A DNA stretch of 64,000 bases from an uncultured Hormoscilla sp. (GCA_963921275.4 OZ001293.3:3584001-3648000), one strand, 5' to 3'. Shown: positions 42,659 to 54,885, counted from the first letter of the stretch. Notes: generated by a model from the sequence alone, not told the origin. Translations and numbers: made by a program.

Positions 42659-44674
42659 ATGCAGCGATCGCTAATTTCCCTGGCCCTCAGCCTGATTTCT
42701 CTGACATCTCTAACCCCATCAGGGTGGGGGGCGACAGCCCCCAGAAACCCAGATAAGACCGTAGAATGCGAACTCTTAGTTGTAGGTGGGGGTTTATCCG
42801 GTGCCGCTACCGCCTATGAAGGCTTGCTAGCAGGAAAAACCGTTTGTCTTACGGAAATTACTGACTGGGTAGGAGGACAAATTTCATCTCAAGGAACTTC
42901 CGCCCTGGACGAACGACCGACCCAGCGACAGCAGTTATTTTACTCCCGTGGCTATTTAGAATTGCGACAGCGCATTGAACGAAAATATCGTCAACTCAAC
43001 CCTGGAGATTGTTGGGTGAGTGAATCCTGTTTTCTGCCCCGTGACGGTCATAGGATCCTCTTTTCTATGCTTAAAGATGCTGCGAAACGGGGTAAAGGCA
43101 CCCTGGAATGGTATCCTTCGACTGTGGTTAAGGATTTGCAATTTAATTCAGCTGGGAACCTGATCGAAAGCGCGATCGCCATTCAACATCAACCCGCAGC
43201 CGGGGCGCCCCCCCTGAATACGGAACCATTATCCCAGACGATCGCCGATTGGTACAGCTACGAAAACTCGCCTCGGTTTGACAAACAGATTATCCGCTTT
43301 GTCCCCAAAGGACAAGCCCAAACCAATGTTCCCAGTTGGTATGTAGTAGAGGCGACGGAAACAGGCGAACTGATCGGACTTGCTGATGTCCCTTATCGTT
43401 TAGGCATCGATCCCCGTTCCCACTGGGAACCTTCTTCCTCCAGCGAAACAGGCGATCCTTACTGCACCCAAGGCTTTACCTATACCTTTGCAATGGAGGC
43501 GACTAAGAAACCCCAAACCCAAGAAATGCCTGAGTTTTATCCCCAATATTCTCCTTACTATAGCTATGAATTAGAACGACTGGCAGATTTTGGTCTCGTC
43601 TTCACCTATCGGCGGATTTGGAGCCCCAAAACGGGCGATCGGGTTCGTTTCCGAGGGCTGAGTTATACAGCCCCCACACCAGGAGATATCTCGATGCAAA
43701 ACTGGACTTGGGGGAATGACTACCGTCCGGGCACGTCCGAGGATAATTTAATTTACACTCGGGACCAGTTGCAAGAGACATGCCAACTGGAACCGGACAG
43801 TTGGATGGGGGGCTTGCGGATAGAGAGTTTACGTGCCGCTGAGGAACATGCCCGAGGTTATTATTACTGGTTGGTGGCGGGGACAACGGACTCCCAACTG
43901 GGGGATGCGGTCAAGCAGCCCCATCCCAACCATCGCTATCTATCAGGGTTAGATTCCCTCATGGGAACGGTGCATGGGTTGTCCAAATATCCCTATATGC
44001 GGGAAGCACGTCGGATTATTGGACGGCCTAGCTGGGGTCAACCGGATGGTTTTACCATTTCGGAAATTGATATCTCCCGTCGGGATTACCAGGATGACTA
44101 TTACCGCCAGACCTTGCCACCCCCGATGTATCGGAACTTGAGGGGGGCGATCGCGGGTTTGGAAGCATTGACGGTCATTAGCAGCGACCAACTGCCGGAG
44201 GAAGTGACGCGCCGCAGTCGTTCTACCATATATCCTGATAGTATCGGCATCGGTCACTACGCGATCGACTTCCATCCCTGCATGGATCAGAGTCCGCCGG
44301 AAATCCCTGGTAACACCGAACGTAAGGCAGAAAGGCGAGGGGCGGGACAAGCTTATCCCTTCCAAATTCCCCTGCGGGCCATGATTCCCCAAAAAATTGA
44401 TAATATGTTAGTCGCCGGTAAGAATATTGCCGCTAGCCACATCGCCGCCGCTGCTTATCGAGTACATTCCTTTGAATGGTCGGCTGGGGCCGCCGCTGGC
44501 ATTACCGCCGCTTTCGCCCTGGAAACGGGGATAATGCCCTATCAGATGGTGCAGGATCTGCCAGTACTCTCACCCCTGCTGGAATTGTTGCAACTGCGCT
44601 TGCAGAACAATGGTAACCCGATCGCCTTCCCCGATACCTCAATCTTTAACGAAAATTGGGACGATTGGCGTTAG
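42659..44674 (+). CDS. FAD-dependent oxidoreductase (exported)
   Basis: Signal peptide, LVVGGGLSG, EATETGEL, PYMREARR, PFQIPLRAMIP. Confidence 0.85.
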   Translation: MQRSLISLALSLISLTSLTPSGWGATAPRNPDKTVECELLVVGGGLSGAATAYEGLLAGKTVCLTEITDWVGGQISSQGTSALDERPTQRQQLFYSRGYLELRQRIERKYRQLNPGDCWVSESCFLPRDGHRILFSMLKDAAKRGKGTLEWYPSTVVKDLQFNSAGNLIESAIAIQHQPAAGAPPLNTEPLSQTIADWYSYENSPRFDKQIIRFVPKGQAQTNVPSWYVVEATETGELIGLADVPYRLGIDPRSHWEPSSSSETGDPYCTQGFTYTFAMEATKKPQTQEMPEFYPQYSPYYSYELERLADFGLVFTYRRIWSPKTGDRVRFRGLSYTAPTPGDISMQNWTWGNDYRPGTSEDNLIYTRDQLQETCQLEPDSWMGGLRIESLRAAEEHARGYYYWLVAGTTDSQLGDAVKQPHPNHRYLSGLDSLMGTVHGLSKYPYMREARRIIGRPSWGQPDGFTISEIDISRRDYQDDYYRQTLPPPMYRNLRGAIAGLEALTVISSDQLPEEVTRRSRSTIYPDSIGIGHYAIDFHPCMDQSPPEIPGNTERKAERRGAGQAYPFQIPLRAMIPQKIDNMLVAGKNIAASHIAAAAYRVHSFEWSAGAAAGITAAFALETGIMPYQMVQDLPVLSPLLELLQLRLQNNGNPIAFPDTSIFNENWDDWR

Positions 44675-44696
44675 AGTGACCAGTGGTTCCCAGTCC

Positions 44697-44862
44697 CCTC
44701 GTTCCCAGGTTCTACCTGGGAATGCCTCTAGGAGGCAGAGCCTCCATTAGGGCCACATTCTACCTCCATCCCAGACTAACCTCGTTCTCAGGTTCTACCT
44801 GGGAATGCCTCTAGGAGGCAGAGCCTCCATTAGGGCCACATTCTACCTCCATCCCAGACTAA
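44697..44862. repeat. 83-bp direct tandem duplication of a palindromic repeat
   Basis: 44697-44779 and 44780-44862 differ at one base. Confidence 0.9.
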
Positions 44863-44911
44863 CCCTACTTAGGTTAACATTATCAAAGTAGGATTTTAAT
44901 CATTTCGGGAA

Positions 44912-45247
44912 ATGCCTATGGCTATGGTTCTTTCAGCGGATGTTTATGGGATGGCTACTGCGCCGCCGACTATAGCACCCGAACGGTCAAGTCAAGTTAC
45001 CCGTAAGCCCTATCCCAACTACAAGGTCATCGTTCTCAATGATGATTTCAACACATTTCAGCGCGTTCACGACTGCTTGGTAAAATATATTCCCGGGATG
45101 TCCAGCGATCGGGCCTGGGAACTGACCAACCAGGTGCATTTTGAAGGTCTGGCGATTGTCTGGGTTGGCCCCCAGGAACCTGCTGAACTTTACCACCAGC
45201 AGTTGAGTCGCGCCGGTTTAACTATGGCCCCCCTAGAAAAAGCTTAA
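44912..45247 (+). CDS. clpS: Clp protease adaptor ClpS
   Basis: YKVIVLNDDFNTF, VHFEGLAIV; true start may be downstream. Confidence 0.9.
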   Translation: MPMAMVLSADVYGMATAPPTIAPERSSQVTRKPYPNYKVIVLNDDFNTFQRVHDCLVKYIPGMSSDRAWELTNQVHFEGLAIVWVGPQEPAELYHQQLSRAGLTMAPLEKA

Positions 45248-45251
45248 ACTC

Positions 45252-45542
45252 ATGGGCAAACCAAATAAAGGAAGAGTAGTTTGGAATCATTCTACCCACA
45301 TTGATGGCTTAATCCCCGTTTTAGAGCGGCTGACTGACTGCGATGAGATTACCACTGTCACCCCCGGTGTCATCAGTCGCTCTAAAAGTCATTCCCCTCA
45401 TATGCAGTTGAAGGTTTCTGTGCCCATTCGCGGAGGGTTCAAGGCGATCGCCCGACAGGGGAAAAGCGTCCAAGAGGTGTTTGTGGTTACTACCCTGTCT
45501 CAAGCTGATTTAGAGGATGCGATCAGTAAGGCCTTAAAATAG
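45252..45542 (+). CDS. DUF2103 family protein
   Basis: NHSTHIDGLIPVLERL, ARQGKSVQEVFVVT. Confidence 0.8.
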   Translation: MGKPNKGRVVWNHSTHIDGLIPVLERLTDCDEITTVTPGVISRSKSHSPHMQLKVSVPIRGGFKAIARQGKSVQEVFVVTTLSQADLEDAISKALK

Positions 45543-45882
45543 ATCACAAATATTCATATTGTCAAGGGAAAAAACAGCTCCAGGCCCTGCCGGCACCTAT
45601 ACCATCGCCGGGCCCACCACAGAGGGTTGAGACCTGAGGCGATCGCCGTCAAACCCAGTCCCACAAAGGTTGTGAGCGCGGGGCTGGGTCGGGCTCTGGC
45701 CTCGGTTCGACCCAGCAATATTACTTAGTCAAGGAGAGAAAGCCGCCGTGAACCAACCAGCAGTCAAAGATCGTTTGGCAGCAGCAGGAAGATGTAGTAA
45801 TATTGCCAGTACAGGCAATTCAGCTGTAGCGGATGGTGGGCGGTGCCACCCTACATAAGCTTAATTTTTTAATGGGGAATTT

Positions 45883-47664
45883 CTAATTGGGAATGGGGAA
45901 TTGTTTTACCCATTGGACGATGCCATCTGCCAAGGTATGGGCCAATTTTTTCTGTTCCCTGGAATTGACAATCCACTCAAATTCTACTGGATTGATCATA
46001 AATCCCAATTCCAATAATACAGCTGGAGCCACAGATGGACGGGTTAATGCTAGATTATTCCAAAATACCCCGTAAGAAGGACGTTCTAGTTCCGCGACCA
46101 GATAGTTATGCCAAAATACTGCTAGACTATGAGCTTGGGGGTGATACCAAAAACTGCCGATACCCGCAGTCCCGATCGCATCTCCGCTATCTGGCAAGGC
46201 ATTGTAATGCAAACTGAGAGCTATATCCGGTTCTGTCCGTTCGATTATCTCCACCCGCTCGTGGGGCCAGAGATCGTCATCTCCTTGGCGGGTCATAATC
46301 ACCGTAGCACCCCGTCGTCTGAGCTGCTCTGCCAACAACTGGGATATAATCAGGGTCACATCTTTTTCGGGATAGCCATTTGGTCCTCTAGCACCCAAAT
46401 CATTCTCGCTACCATGCCCCGGATCCAAAAGAATTCTCATCCCCGATAATGGTTTACGCCCCCTTCCCTTTACTTGTGGAGGATGGCGCAGGGACAAGAT
46501 TAGAGTTGTGCCTTCATATCTGAGCTTGTAGCCCCACTGTTGGGTCCCTTTGATCTCAAAGATATATTTTAGTTGAGTGGGTGATGTCTGTTGCCAGTCT
46601 AGCCGTGCTATCAGCGGGTCGTCATTAAAGAAAATCGTGTCCGTTTGGGCAGTGGTGTTGTAGAGACTGAGGGTAATGGTGTCAGTATGTTGCTCTACAC
46701 TCACCGGTACTGGCACTTGTAAGGGAAATAGTACCTCAGTCCAGCCCGGTATCTGACGGGCGCGGACACTGCGAATTAAGGATGTCGGCGGCACGGAACT
46801 GGACAGAATGCGGGTTTCTTGGCTGCCTATCCATGCTCCATAGTCCAGTCTCAGCCACTCTCCTTCTCGTCCGGTAATGGCAGATCTGGTGCCTTTAGGT
46901 AGAGGGGTGAGGCGAGAATAGTTGGTACTGGGGCCAGTGCGGGCCGTACCAGAGTCAACGGTGACTTCGGCAATCTCAAATTGAGTGGGAGACAAAACCG
47001 AAATCTTTCCTGGCCCTAACTGCGTTATACTCCGACCATTCATGCTCAGTTGAAACCTGGGTTGACCTAAATTTATTGTCCTGTTCTCCATCAGGGGCAG
47101 GGTGGTATAACCGGAGTATTGACTGCCCGCCTCCTCTGAGAAATTGGGCTGGTTTTCCCCTGTTAATACGGCAGAATTGAGCGGCAGCTGTATGTCTTGG
47201 GGTTGGGGCCCTAGGGTAATGATTTCATCCCCCAGCTGCACGGAGACAAGGGCGTTCCTGGGGGCGATCGCCCCAAAACAGACCCGATCGCCTGGCATCC
47301 TAGCGATATCTACTGCTGGTTTGAGGGAACCTTCTGCAAATGCCATCCCTACAGGTACTGGTGGTGCCGTTGACTTGCGAGTTACTTTAATCTGGAGTTC
47401 CTGGTCTTGATAGCGCAGGATAAATATATTTTCTCCCAGCCGCAAGGGAAAACTCGGGGCAAAATGTCCCGCCCGACTGCGAGAAATCTTGTTATCATTG
47501 ACCAATACTTCTCCCTCTGTCGGGGCGGTACCAATCAAGAATATCTGTGGGGCTGTAGTTTCATGTTCTGCTGGTGGATAGACGACAAATAGCGGTTGTT
47601 CTGCCCAGGCAGGTGCTGTCAGCACAACTGTCCCTAATGTAGCTAATCCGATAATCTTTTCCAT
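45883..47664 (-). CDS. N-acetylmuramoyl-L-alanine amidase
   Basis: LDPGHG, SLHYNA, LLELGFM; SH3-like segment; signal peptide. Confidence 0.9.
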   Translation of the reverse strand: MEKIIGLATLGTVVLTAPAWAEQPLFVVYPPAEHETTAPQIFLIGTAPTEGEVLVNDNKISRSRAGHFAPSFPLRLGENIFILRYQDQELQIKVTRKSTAPPVPVGMAFAEGSLKPAVDIARMPGDRVCFGAIAPRNALVSVQLGDEIITLGPQPQDIQLPLNSAVLTGENQPNFSEEAGSQYSGYTTLPLMENRTINLGQPRFQLSMNGRSITQLGPGKISVLSPTQFEIAEVTVDSGTARTGPSTNYSRLTPLPKGTRSAITGREGEWLRLDYGAWIGSQETRILSSSVPPTSLIRSVRARQIPGWTEVLFPLQVPVPVSVEQHTDTITLSLYNTTAQTDTIFFNDDPLIARLDWQQTSPTQLKYIFEIKGTQQWGYKLRYEGTTLILSLRHPPQVKGRGRKPLSGMRILLDPGHGSENDLGARGPNGYPEKDVTLIISQLLAEQLRRRGATVIMTRQGDDDLWPHERVEIIERTEPDIALSLHYNALPDSGDAIGTAGIGSFWYHPQAHSLAVFWHNYLVAELERPSYGVFWNNLALTRPSVAPAVLLELGFMINPVEFEWIVNSREQKKLAHTLADGIVQWVKQFPIPN

Positions 47665-47960
47665 CTTTATTATTTCACATCTGGATTTTATTTATTGACT
47701 TTTACATAGCCTTACTGTGTTATTATAGCATCAAAGCCCATGCGCTCTCTGGTTAAATCGCTGAAGCCCTTATGCTGTCTGCAATTTACAGGATTAATCT
47801 CAAATAGGAACGAGGAGGAACCCAACGTCTTGGTCTCGAGGCGCATCCTGGAGCACGAGCGCCAGTGCGGAAAGGAGACACTACCAAAAAGATGCCAGAC
47901 CCTCTCTGGTTATGTACAAACTTAGCTTGGTTAGCCAGATAATTGACTTGGTATGATACA

Positions 47961-48075
47961 AACTGAGCCATGTATAAGCAAATATAAAATTTATAAACAA
48001 ACTGAGGCATAGATGAGCATAAATGAGGCATGGATGAGCCTAACTAAGGCATAGATGAGCCTAACTAAGCCTATA
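47961..48075. repeat. Short array with a 21-bp period (AACTGAGGCATAGATGAGCCT-like)
   Basis: Units at 48000, 48021, 48042, partial at 48063, degenerate at 47961. Confidence 0.75.
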
Positions 48076-48395
48076 ATTAAGAAGCCTCCGCTGAGTGTGA
48101 GAACTCTATTGGTGCCTTAAAAGATGTAGCCCTCACGGGATGGAGCTACATGAACTAGCCCCACCTAAACGGGATATACTCTCCTTCGATATCTCCTGGA
48201 GTATAAATAAGGTATTTTCCCACGAGCATCTGGGGCGGGGGTCAGTTACCTAGGAGGCTATACTCGTCAAAAATTTAGCAAAGAGTTTTTGAGAATATCC
48301 GCGATCTCCCTATAGCAGCTAGGCATACCATAGGCAGCTAGGCATACCATAGGTTATAAGTAATAGGAGTATACCCAAGAGAATAAATTCTTGGG

Positions 48396-50180
48396 CTATA
48401 TAGCTAAGATCATAGGAGAATCAAATGAAATATCCAACAAATACCAAAACCTTAGAAAGGACCGTGTCCCAACTGCTCGCGCAGCGCATTCGCGCAGCGT
48501 GCGCGCAGCGCATTCGCCCAGCGTGCGCGCAGCGCATTCGCCATCAAACCCATGCGGCCCAAACAGAATATCGGCTACCAACCGACTGACATCACAATTA
48601 TACAAAGGCCCAATGGGGATACGATTCACCACCGCGCTAGTTAATTGCATCCTCTCGATCGTCTGGATCAGGGGATGGGTGGGACTGACTTCGTTATCTC
48701 GATAGGCCCCGATGGTTAAGATATATTTGCTATCCATGTCAGTCATCAGCAGCTCAATTAACTGCAAAGATGCTGCATCTGCCCACTGTAAGTCATCCAA
48801 GAACAGCACTAGAGGGTGTTCTGCTTTGCAAAAGACACCGATAAATTGGAGAAACACCCGATTAAAGCGGTTTTGGCTTTCCGATGGTCCCAGTTGCGGC
48901 ATTTTTGGCTGGGGACCGATAATCAGTTCTACTTTCGGAATCACATCTACGATCGCCTGACCGTTCGGTCCCAGGGCCTTTTGCAGTTCTGCACCCCAAG
49001 CCGCCAGTTTCTGAGAACTTTCTGTCAACAGCATACTCATCAATTCCGAGAACGCTTGAATTACCCCTGAATAGGGGATATTCCGCGTGAACTGGTCGTA
49101 CTTGCCAGTTATAAAATAGCCCCATGCCTTGACGATCGGTCTCTGGACTTCATTGACAATTGCCGTTTTCCCAATCCCCGAGTAGCCGCTTACCAGCAGC
49201 ATCTCCGCTTCCCCCTGGGATACCCTAGCGAAGGCATTCATCAGAACCTTTACTTCCGCTTCCCTGCCATAGAGTTTTTGTGGAATCAGCAGTTGCCCTC
49301 GGCGGCGATCGCGCCTTCCGGGAACAAAGTCCGACAGTTCTCCTCCAGCAAGCAGCCTCTTCAGGCATATTTCCAGGTCATACTTTAGTCCCGCCCCACT
49401 TTGGTATCTCTCTTCCGCATTCTTGGCCAATAGTTTCATCACGATCGCCGCCACCGCCTCCGGTATCTTCGGGTTTATCTGCTGGGGCGATAACGGTTGT
49501 TTGGCAATATGGCTGTGAACCAATTCCATCGGGTCAGTGCTGATAAAAGGCAGCCTGCCCGTTAGCATTTCATATAAGGTCACCCCCAAGGAATAGAAGT
49601 CCGTCCGGTAGTCGATCGAGCGATTCATCCGACCAGTTTGCTCTGGTGACATATAGACCAGGGTTCCTTCTAGAGCCATATCTCCTTTCGGAAGCTGGCC
49701 TGGTGTGGCGTTGGTAACTGCCAAGCGCGACGCTAGGCTAAAGTCTGTCAGTCTTACCTCCCCTGTGTTCTCATTAATGATGATATTTGATGGTTTGATA
49801 TCCTTATGAATAATCAGCACTTTATGCAGTTCCTCCAAGCTGTCTGCGATCGCGATCGCGATCCGCAGACATTCTGTGGGGGAGTATACTCGTCGCACCA
49901 CCCAATTCATGGCTTTCCCGCCAATATCTTCTAAGATGAGAGCATATCCATTCTGATATTTTTCCAGGCTGTAGGGTTTAATAATCCCCGGACAGACTAC
50001 ATTTTCCAGGATTGTATATTCCCGTCTTAACCGAGCTATTTGTTCCAGGGTTGGATTTTGCGAGCTCGGTACTTTTATGATAATTGGCTTTTGGTCTTTT
50101 TCTCGGATCCCGCGATAAATAGAGGTGCGGATGCCAAATACAAGGAACGAGGTGATTTTCTATCCCGACAGTTCGATCAT
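48396..50180 (-). pseudogene. Ser/Thr kinase-AAA ATPase sensor gene, 5' lesions and 3' truncation
   Basis: HKDIKPSN, GTLVYMSPEQTGR, GYSGIGKT, LDDLQWAD; stop and frameshift at 50100-50165; homology appears to end near 48560 in 24-bp repeats. Confidence 0.85.
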
Positions 50181-50464
50181 GATTGTCTCTCTCTACTGCA
50201 AATTTTCTTCACAAGTTTTTCTATCATATCACAAGCCGACTGTCTGTGTATATACTCCGAACAGTCAGGAACTGCGCTTAAGGGGTCATTGTGCCTTTTG
50301 AGTGACTTTCCCCCGCTAGCGCAGCGGCCCGACGCCAGGAGGGCTAGCAATCTCCCTATTGGGCACGACCGATAGAAGGAGACTGGCCGCGTGAGTACAT
50401 CGACAGGCTGATGATCCTGACATTTGCCAGTATAATATATCAGAGTCCCTCGGCGAGTAATTTC

Positions 50465-51270
50465 ATGGTTAACAACTGCACCTCTTTGAAAGTTTCAGCA
50501 GCACTCTGGCCGACCCTAGCTTTTGGGGCCGCAGCTATATTTACAGCATCCCCAAATGCCTACGGGGCTCTACCTACCCCAGCACCAACAGGGGCTCGGC
50601 AAGTCAGAACCCATGTTCAACCTCACGATCCTCTGACGTCAGCCCAGGCAGCAACCAGTGATGGGGTAGTGGAGCGTGCCGAGGGACCGATCGCCCAATT
50701 TGTGGAAGTCCATCGGCTGTCGGAGGAAAGGATGACAAAACCCGGGATGGGTCAAGTGACCTCCGTTACTCAGCTTTACGACATCCAACCCACGGACTGG
50801 GCCTTCGGTGCTCTCCAGTCACTAGTGGAGCGTTACGGGTGTATTGCCGGATATCCTGACGGCACCTACCGGCGCAACAGGGCTTTGACACGCTATGAGT
50901 TTGCTGCTGGCTTAAACGCCTGCTTAGACCGGATTAACGAATTAATTGCGGCGGCCACAGTTAGCCAAGTCCGCCGAGAGGACATAGTCATCCTGCAACG
51001 GTTGCAAGAGGACTTTGCCATAGAACTGGCCCAACTGCGGGGTCGGATAGATTCCCTGGAAACTCGGACCGGAGCATTGGAAGCCAACCGGTTCTCCCCT
51101 AGCAACAGACCCCAGGAACCATTATTTTCCTTGGGCAGCAACAGCCGGCTGTTAGGGGAAGCGATATTTACTTTGTCTGATGTCTTTTCTGGGGAGGGTG
51201 ACAGGGAAACAGTCTGGCAAGAGCGGGTACGGATGGTGCTATTAACCTCATTCACCGGTAAAGACCTGTT
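50465..51270 (+). pseudogene. SLH-domain outer-membrane porin, 3'-truncated
   Basis: QVTSVTQLYDIQPTDWAF..LVERYGCIAGYPDG, LTRYEFAAGLNACL; breaks after TSFTGKDLL. Confidence 0.85.
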
Positions 51271-51281
51271 GTTCTACCGTT

Positions 51282-53414
51282 TTGCTCAATGGCAAGCGGA
51301 CCTCAGAAGAGATCGTAGACTTTCTGGAAGAGCAGGTATCTCCATCTGAGGTTTACTATGCTTTGATGCTGATGGAACAGAAGGGCTATATCGTGGAAAG
51401 CGATGATGCTATGCCATGGTCAATAGCAGCTTTTTACTCACTTTTGAATGTGACTCCGCATCTGGCTATGACGCGCTTGCGATCGACAAAGGTTGCCATC
51501 ACGTCATACGGCAATGTGCCAACAGCACCTTTAATTTCCCTACTAGAGTCACTCAACATCCAAGTAGGAGATGCAGGCGAGCTGGCGGTAGTATTAACTG
51601 ACGACTACCTGCAAGATGGTCTGGATGCCTTTAACCGCCAAGCTTTAGAGTCCCAAAGCCCCTGGATCTTAATCAAACCCGTGGGAGCGATAATTTGGCT
51701 CGGTCCCATATTTGTTCCGGGAAAAACGGGTTGTTGGCAATGTCTAGCTCAACGTTTGCGCTCTAACCGCCCAGTAGAAACTTTTATCCAGAAACATAAA
51801 AAAATCTCGACTCCTTTGCCTACCTCAATTGCGGCCTTTCCAGCGGTTCAACAGACGGGACTAAATTTAGCTGCCAGTGAAATTGCTAAATGGATTGTGC
51901 GGGGAGAGAATCAAACCCTAGAAGGTACTCTAGTTACCTGGGACATGATATCTCTAAAGAAGAAAGATCACGCTCTGGTTAAGCGTCCTCAATGCCCTGA
52001 ATGTGGAGAACCTCAATATAAACCCGACAGCTTCCCCGTACCGGTGGTGCTAGAAAGCCGCAAGAAAGTTTTCACTGCTGACGGCGGACACCGGACTTCT
52101 TCCCCCGAAGAAACTATGAAGAAATACGAACACCACATCAGCACCCTACTGGGAGCAGTCAGGGAAATCAAGCCCCAGATTAATTTGAAGGGAAATCCTT
52201 TGACACCTATTTATGTGGCGGGGCATAACTTTGCGACAATGTTCGATAGTTTATACTTTTTGCGGGAAAATTTGCGAGGCAGAAGCGGTGGCAAAGGTAA
52301 GAGTGATGCCCAAGCAAAAGCTAGCGCCCTCTGCGAGGCGATCGAACGATATTCGGGCATATTTCAGGGCTATGAACCTCGGCAGCGCGGCACCTACAAA
52401 CAAATGGGCGATCGGGCAATTCACCCCAATGCTTGCATGCATTTTAGCGAGGAGCAATACCAAACTCGTGCCGAATGGAATGCAAGCTGTCCCAGTTCTA
52501 TTCAAAAAGTGACATAACCCTTTGATGAGGAACGAGAAATTGAATGGACGCCAGTTTGGTCTTTAACTCATCAAGACTGGAAGTTCTTGCCCATGGCCTA
52601 TTGCTATTACGACCATGAAATGTCAGAATTAAATTATTGTATGGCTGACTCCAATGGCTGTGCGGCGGGCAATAGTAAAGAGGAGGCAATCCTGCAAGGT
52701 TTTATGGAGTTGGCAGAACGAGATAGTGTCTCCATCTGGTGGTATAATCGGCTGAAACGACCGGGGGTGGATTTAGACAGTTTTGACGAGCCCTATTTTC
52801 GAGCCCTGAAGGAGTATTATCGCACTATCGATCGCTCTCTCTGGGTTCTGGACATCACCATCGATCTGAAGATCCCCGCTTTTGTAGCAATTTCCAGTCG
52901 CACGGATAATGGACCAGTAGAGGATATTCTCTACGGCTTCGGTGCCCATTTCGACCCCAAAATCGCTATTATGCGGGCAGTGACGGAAGTAAATCAGACC
53001 CTACCAGCGGTAAAGACGGTTAAGCCAGATGGTACTACTGAATATTACTTCAATGACCAGCTAGCTATAGACTGGTGGCAGCAGGCGACAGTGGCTTCCT
53101 AACCTTATCTGGTTCCAGATGAAAACAGTCCCGCAAAGCGGTCTTCTGATTATCCCCAACTAGCTGCTGATGATTTGCGCGATGATGTAATGAATTGCGT
53201 GAAAATTGCCGAACAGTTGGGGATGGAAACTCTGGTTCTCGATCAGACACGTCCCGATCTGGGACTGAATGTGGTCAAGGTGATCGTACCGGAAATGCGC
53301 ATCTTTTGGAAAAGAAGCGGTCCGGGACGGCTTTATGATGTGCCGGTGAAATTGGGTTGGTTGCCTTCCCCTCGTCAAGAAAATGAACTTAACCCGTTTC
53401 CGATTTTCTTCTAG
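51282..53414 (+). pseudogene. Fused TOMM cyclodehydratase (E1-like + YcaO; PatD/TruD-like), 5'-truncated, two in-frame stops
   Basis: GCWQCL, RPQCPEC, CEAIERYS, SNGCAAG, ELAERD, NPFPIFF tail; TAA at 52515 and 53100 in one frame. Confidence 0.88.
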
Positions 53415-53517
53415 CGTAGGACTCTCGTGTCGCCTGTCAGCGTAGGACGGGCGACACGAGAGGTCCGTAGGATAGGCGGATGGCCTGTCAGGAAGTTGTC
53501 AAAACAAAGGGTGAATT

Positions 53518-54672
53518 ATGCTGAATAAATATAAAATCATGGATGCGGATAGCCATGTAACTGAGCCGTTCGAGATGTGGGAGGAGTACCTGGAGCCTGA
53601 GTTAAAGAGTCGCGCACCCTACAAGGAGCAAAATATAGAGTATTCTGACTCATCCCATCAGGTGATGCGCCTGGATCTTTTCGATCCTCCGACTAAGGAT
53701 ATGAAAATCGAGGGCGAGATAATTTATCACAACATATCCGATGCCGTTTGGGCCGAAGGGATTAAAGCAAAGATCCGGGACTATCAAAATTATGGCACCA
53801 CTGGCACGGACCCCTCTTCTCACGTGCAGGCGATCGCCCGCATGGGGGTTGATGTCTGCTTCCTGTATCCGACTGTGGGACTCTGGCTGTTGGCGATCGA
53901 CTCAATGGACCCCCAACTAGCTGGGGCCCTGACTCGCGCCTACAATAACTGGTTACGAGACTATTGCAGCTATAACCCCCAGGTGCTCCGAGGAGTGGGC
54001 GCGATTAATATGCACGACCCTTCAGATATGGTGTCGGAATTGCAGCGGATCGCTTCCTGGGGCTGGAAAGCGGTGTTTTTGCGCCCCAACCCGGTTAAAG
54101 GACGACTGCTGTCTGACCCCGCCTATGAGCCATTTTGGACCGAGTGTGCGCGCCTGGGCATAGCTGTGGGTCTCCACGAGGGCACTCATAGCCGATTGCC
54201 GACGACGGGCTACCGGTTTAATAGCCGTTTTGCTATGCATGCCTGCTCTCATCCGATGGAACAGATGATGGCCCTGTTGGCCCTGATCGAAGGGGGAGTC
54301 TTAGAACGCCATCCCGGTCTCAAGGTGGCATTTCTGGAGTCTGGCTGCGGTTGGGTGCCTTACTGGCTCTGGCGGCTGGATGAGGCGGAGTATAAACATC
54401 TGGCCTGGGAGGTGCAGGATAATGTCAAGATGAAGCCTTCAGAATATTTCCGTCGCCAGTGCTTTGTCTCCATCGAACCCGATGAGCCTTATATTCCTGA
54501 GATTATCAACTACATTGGCTCGGATAACTTGATCTTGGGTTCTGACTATCCCCATATCGACCACGATGCTGAGATTATGGAGGAAGCTGTACAGCTTGAA
54601 GAGCGACTTGACCAGCAGACTGTACAAAAGCTCCTCTGGGATAACCCCAGTCGTTTTTACGGTCTGACGTGA
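53518..54672 (+). CDS. Amidohydrolase_2 family protein
   Basis: DADSH, AYNNWL, FLESGCGW, GSDYPHID. Confidence 0.88.
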   Translation: MLNKYKIMDADSHVTEPFEMWEEYLEPELKSRAPYKEQNIEYSDSSHQVMRLDLFDPPTKDMKIEGEIIYHNISDAVWAEGIKAKIRDYQNYGTTGTDPSSHVQAIARMGVDVCFLYPTVGLWLLAIDSMDPQLAGALTRAYNNWLRDYCSYNPQVLRGVGAINMHDPSDMVSELQRIASWGWKAVFLRPNPVKGRLLSDPAYEPFWTECARLGIAVGLHEGTHSRLPTTGYRFNSRFAMHACSHPMEQMMALLALIEGGVLERHPGLKVAFLESGCGWVPYWLWRLDEAEYKHLAWEVQDNVKMKPSEYFRRQCFVSIEPDEPYIPEIINYIGSDNLILGSDYPHIDHDAEIMEEAVQLEERLDQQTVQKLLWDNPSRFYGLT

Positions 54673-54711
54673 AATAACGACGGTGTTTTCTCTTTTCCTG
54701 GCTGCATCTTA

Positions 54712-54885
54712 TACCATTTTGATATGATAGACTTGACGGTAGCACGGATTCTCAGGAGGCGGGAGCATCAGAAGACCGTTCCCAGGTTCTACCTGGGAAC
54801 GAGAGGGCGGTGTGTCCTATGCATGTGCTTTTAGCGATCCCAGGACGATAGGTTTTTTCTCTATCACAACAATAAAATGGGATTA
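54712..54885. mobile_element. MITE-like element, shorter copy
   Basis: Near-identical blocks with 34750-35026; TACCATTTT/AAAATGGGA ends. Confidence 0.7.
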
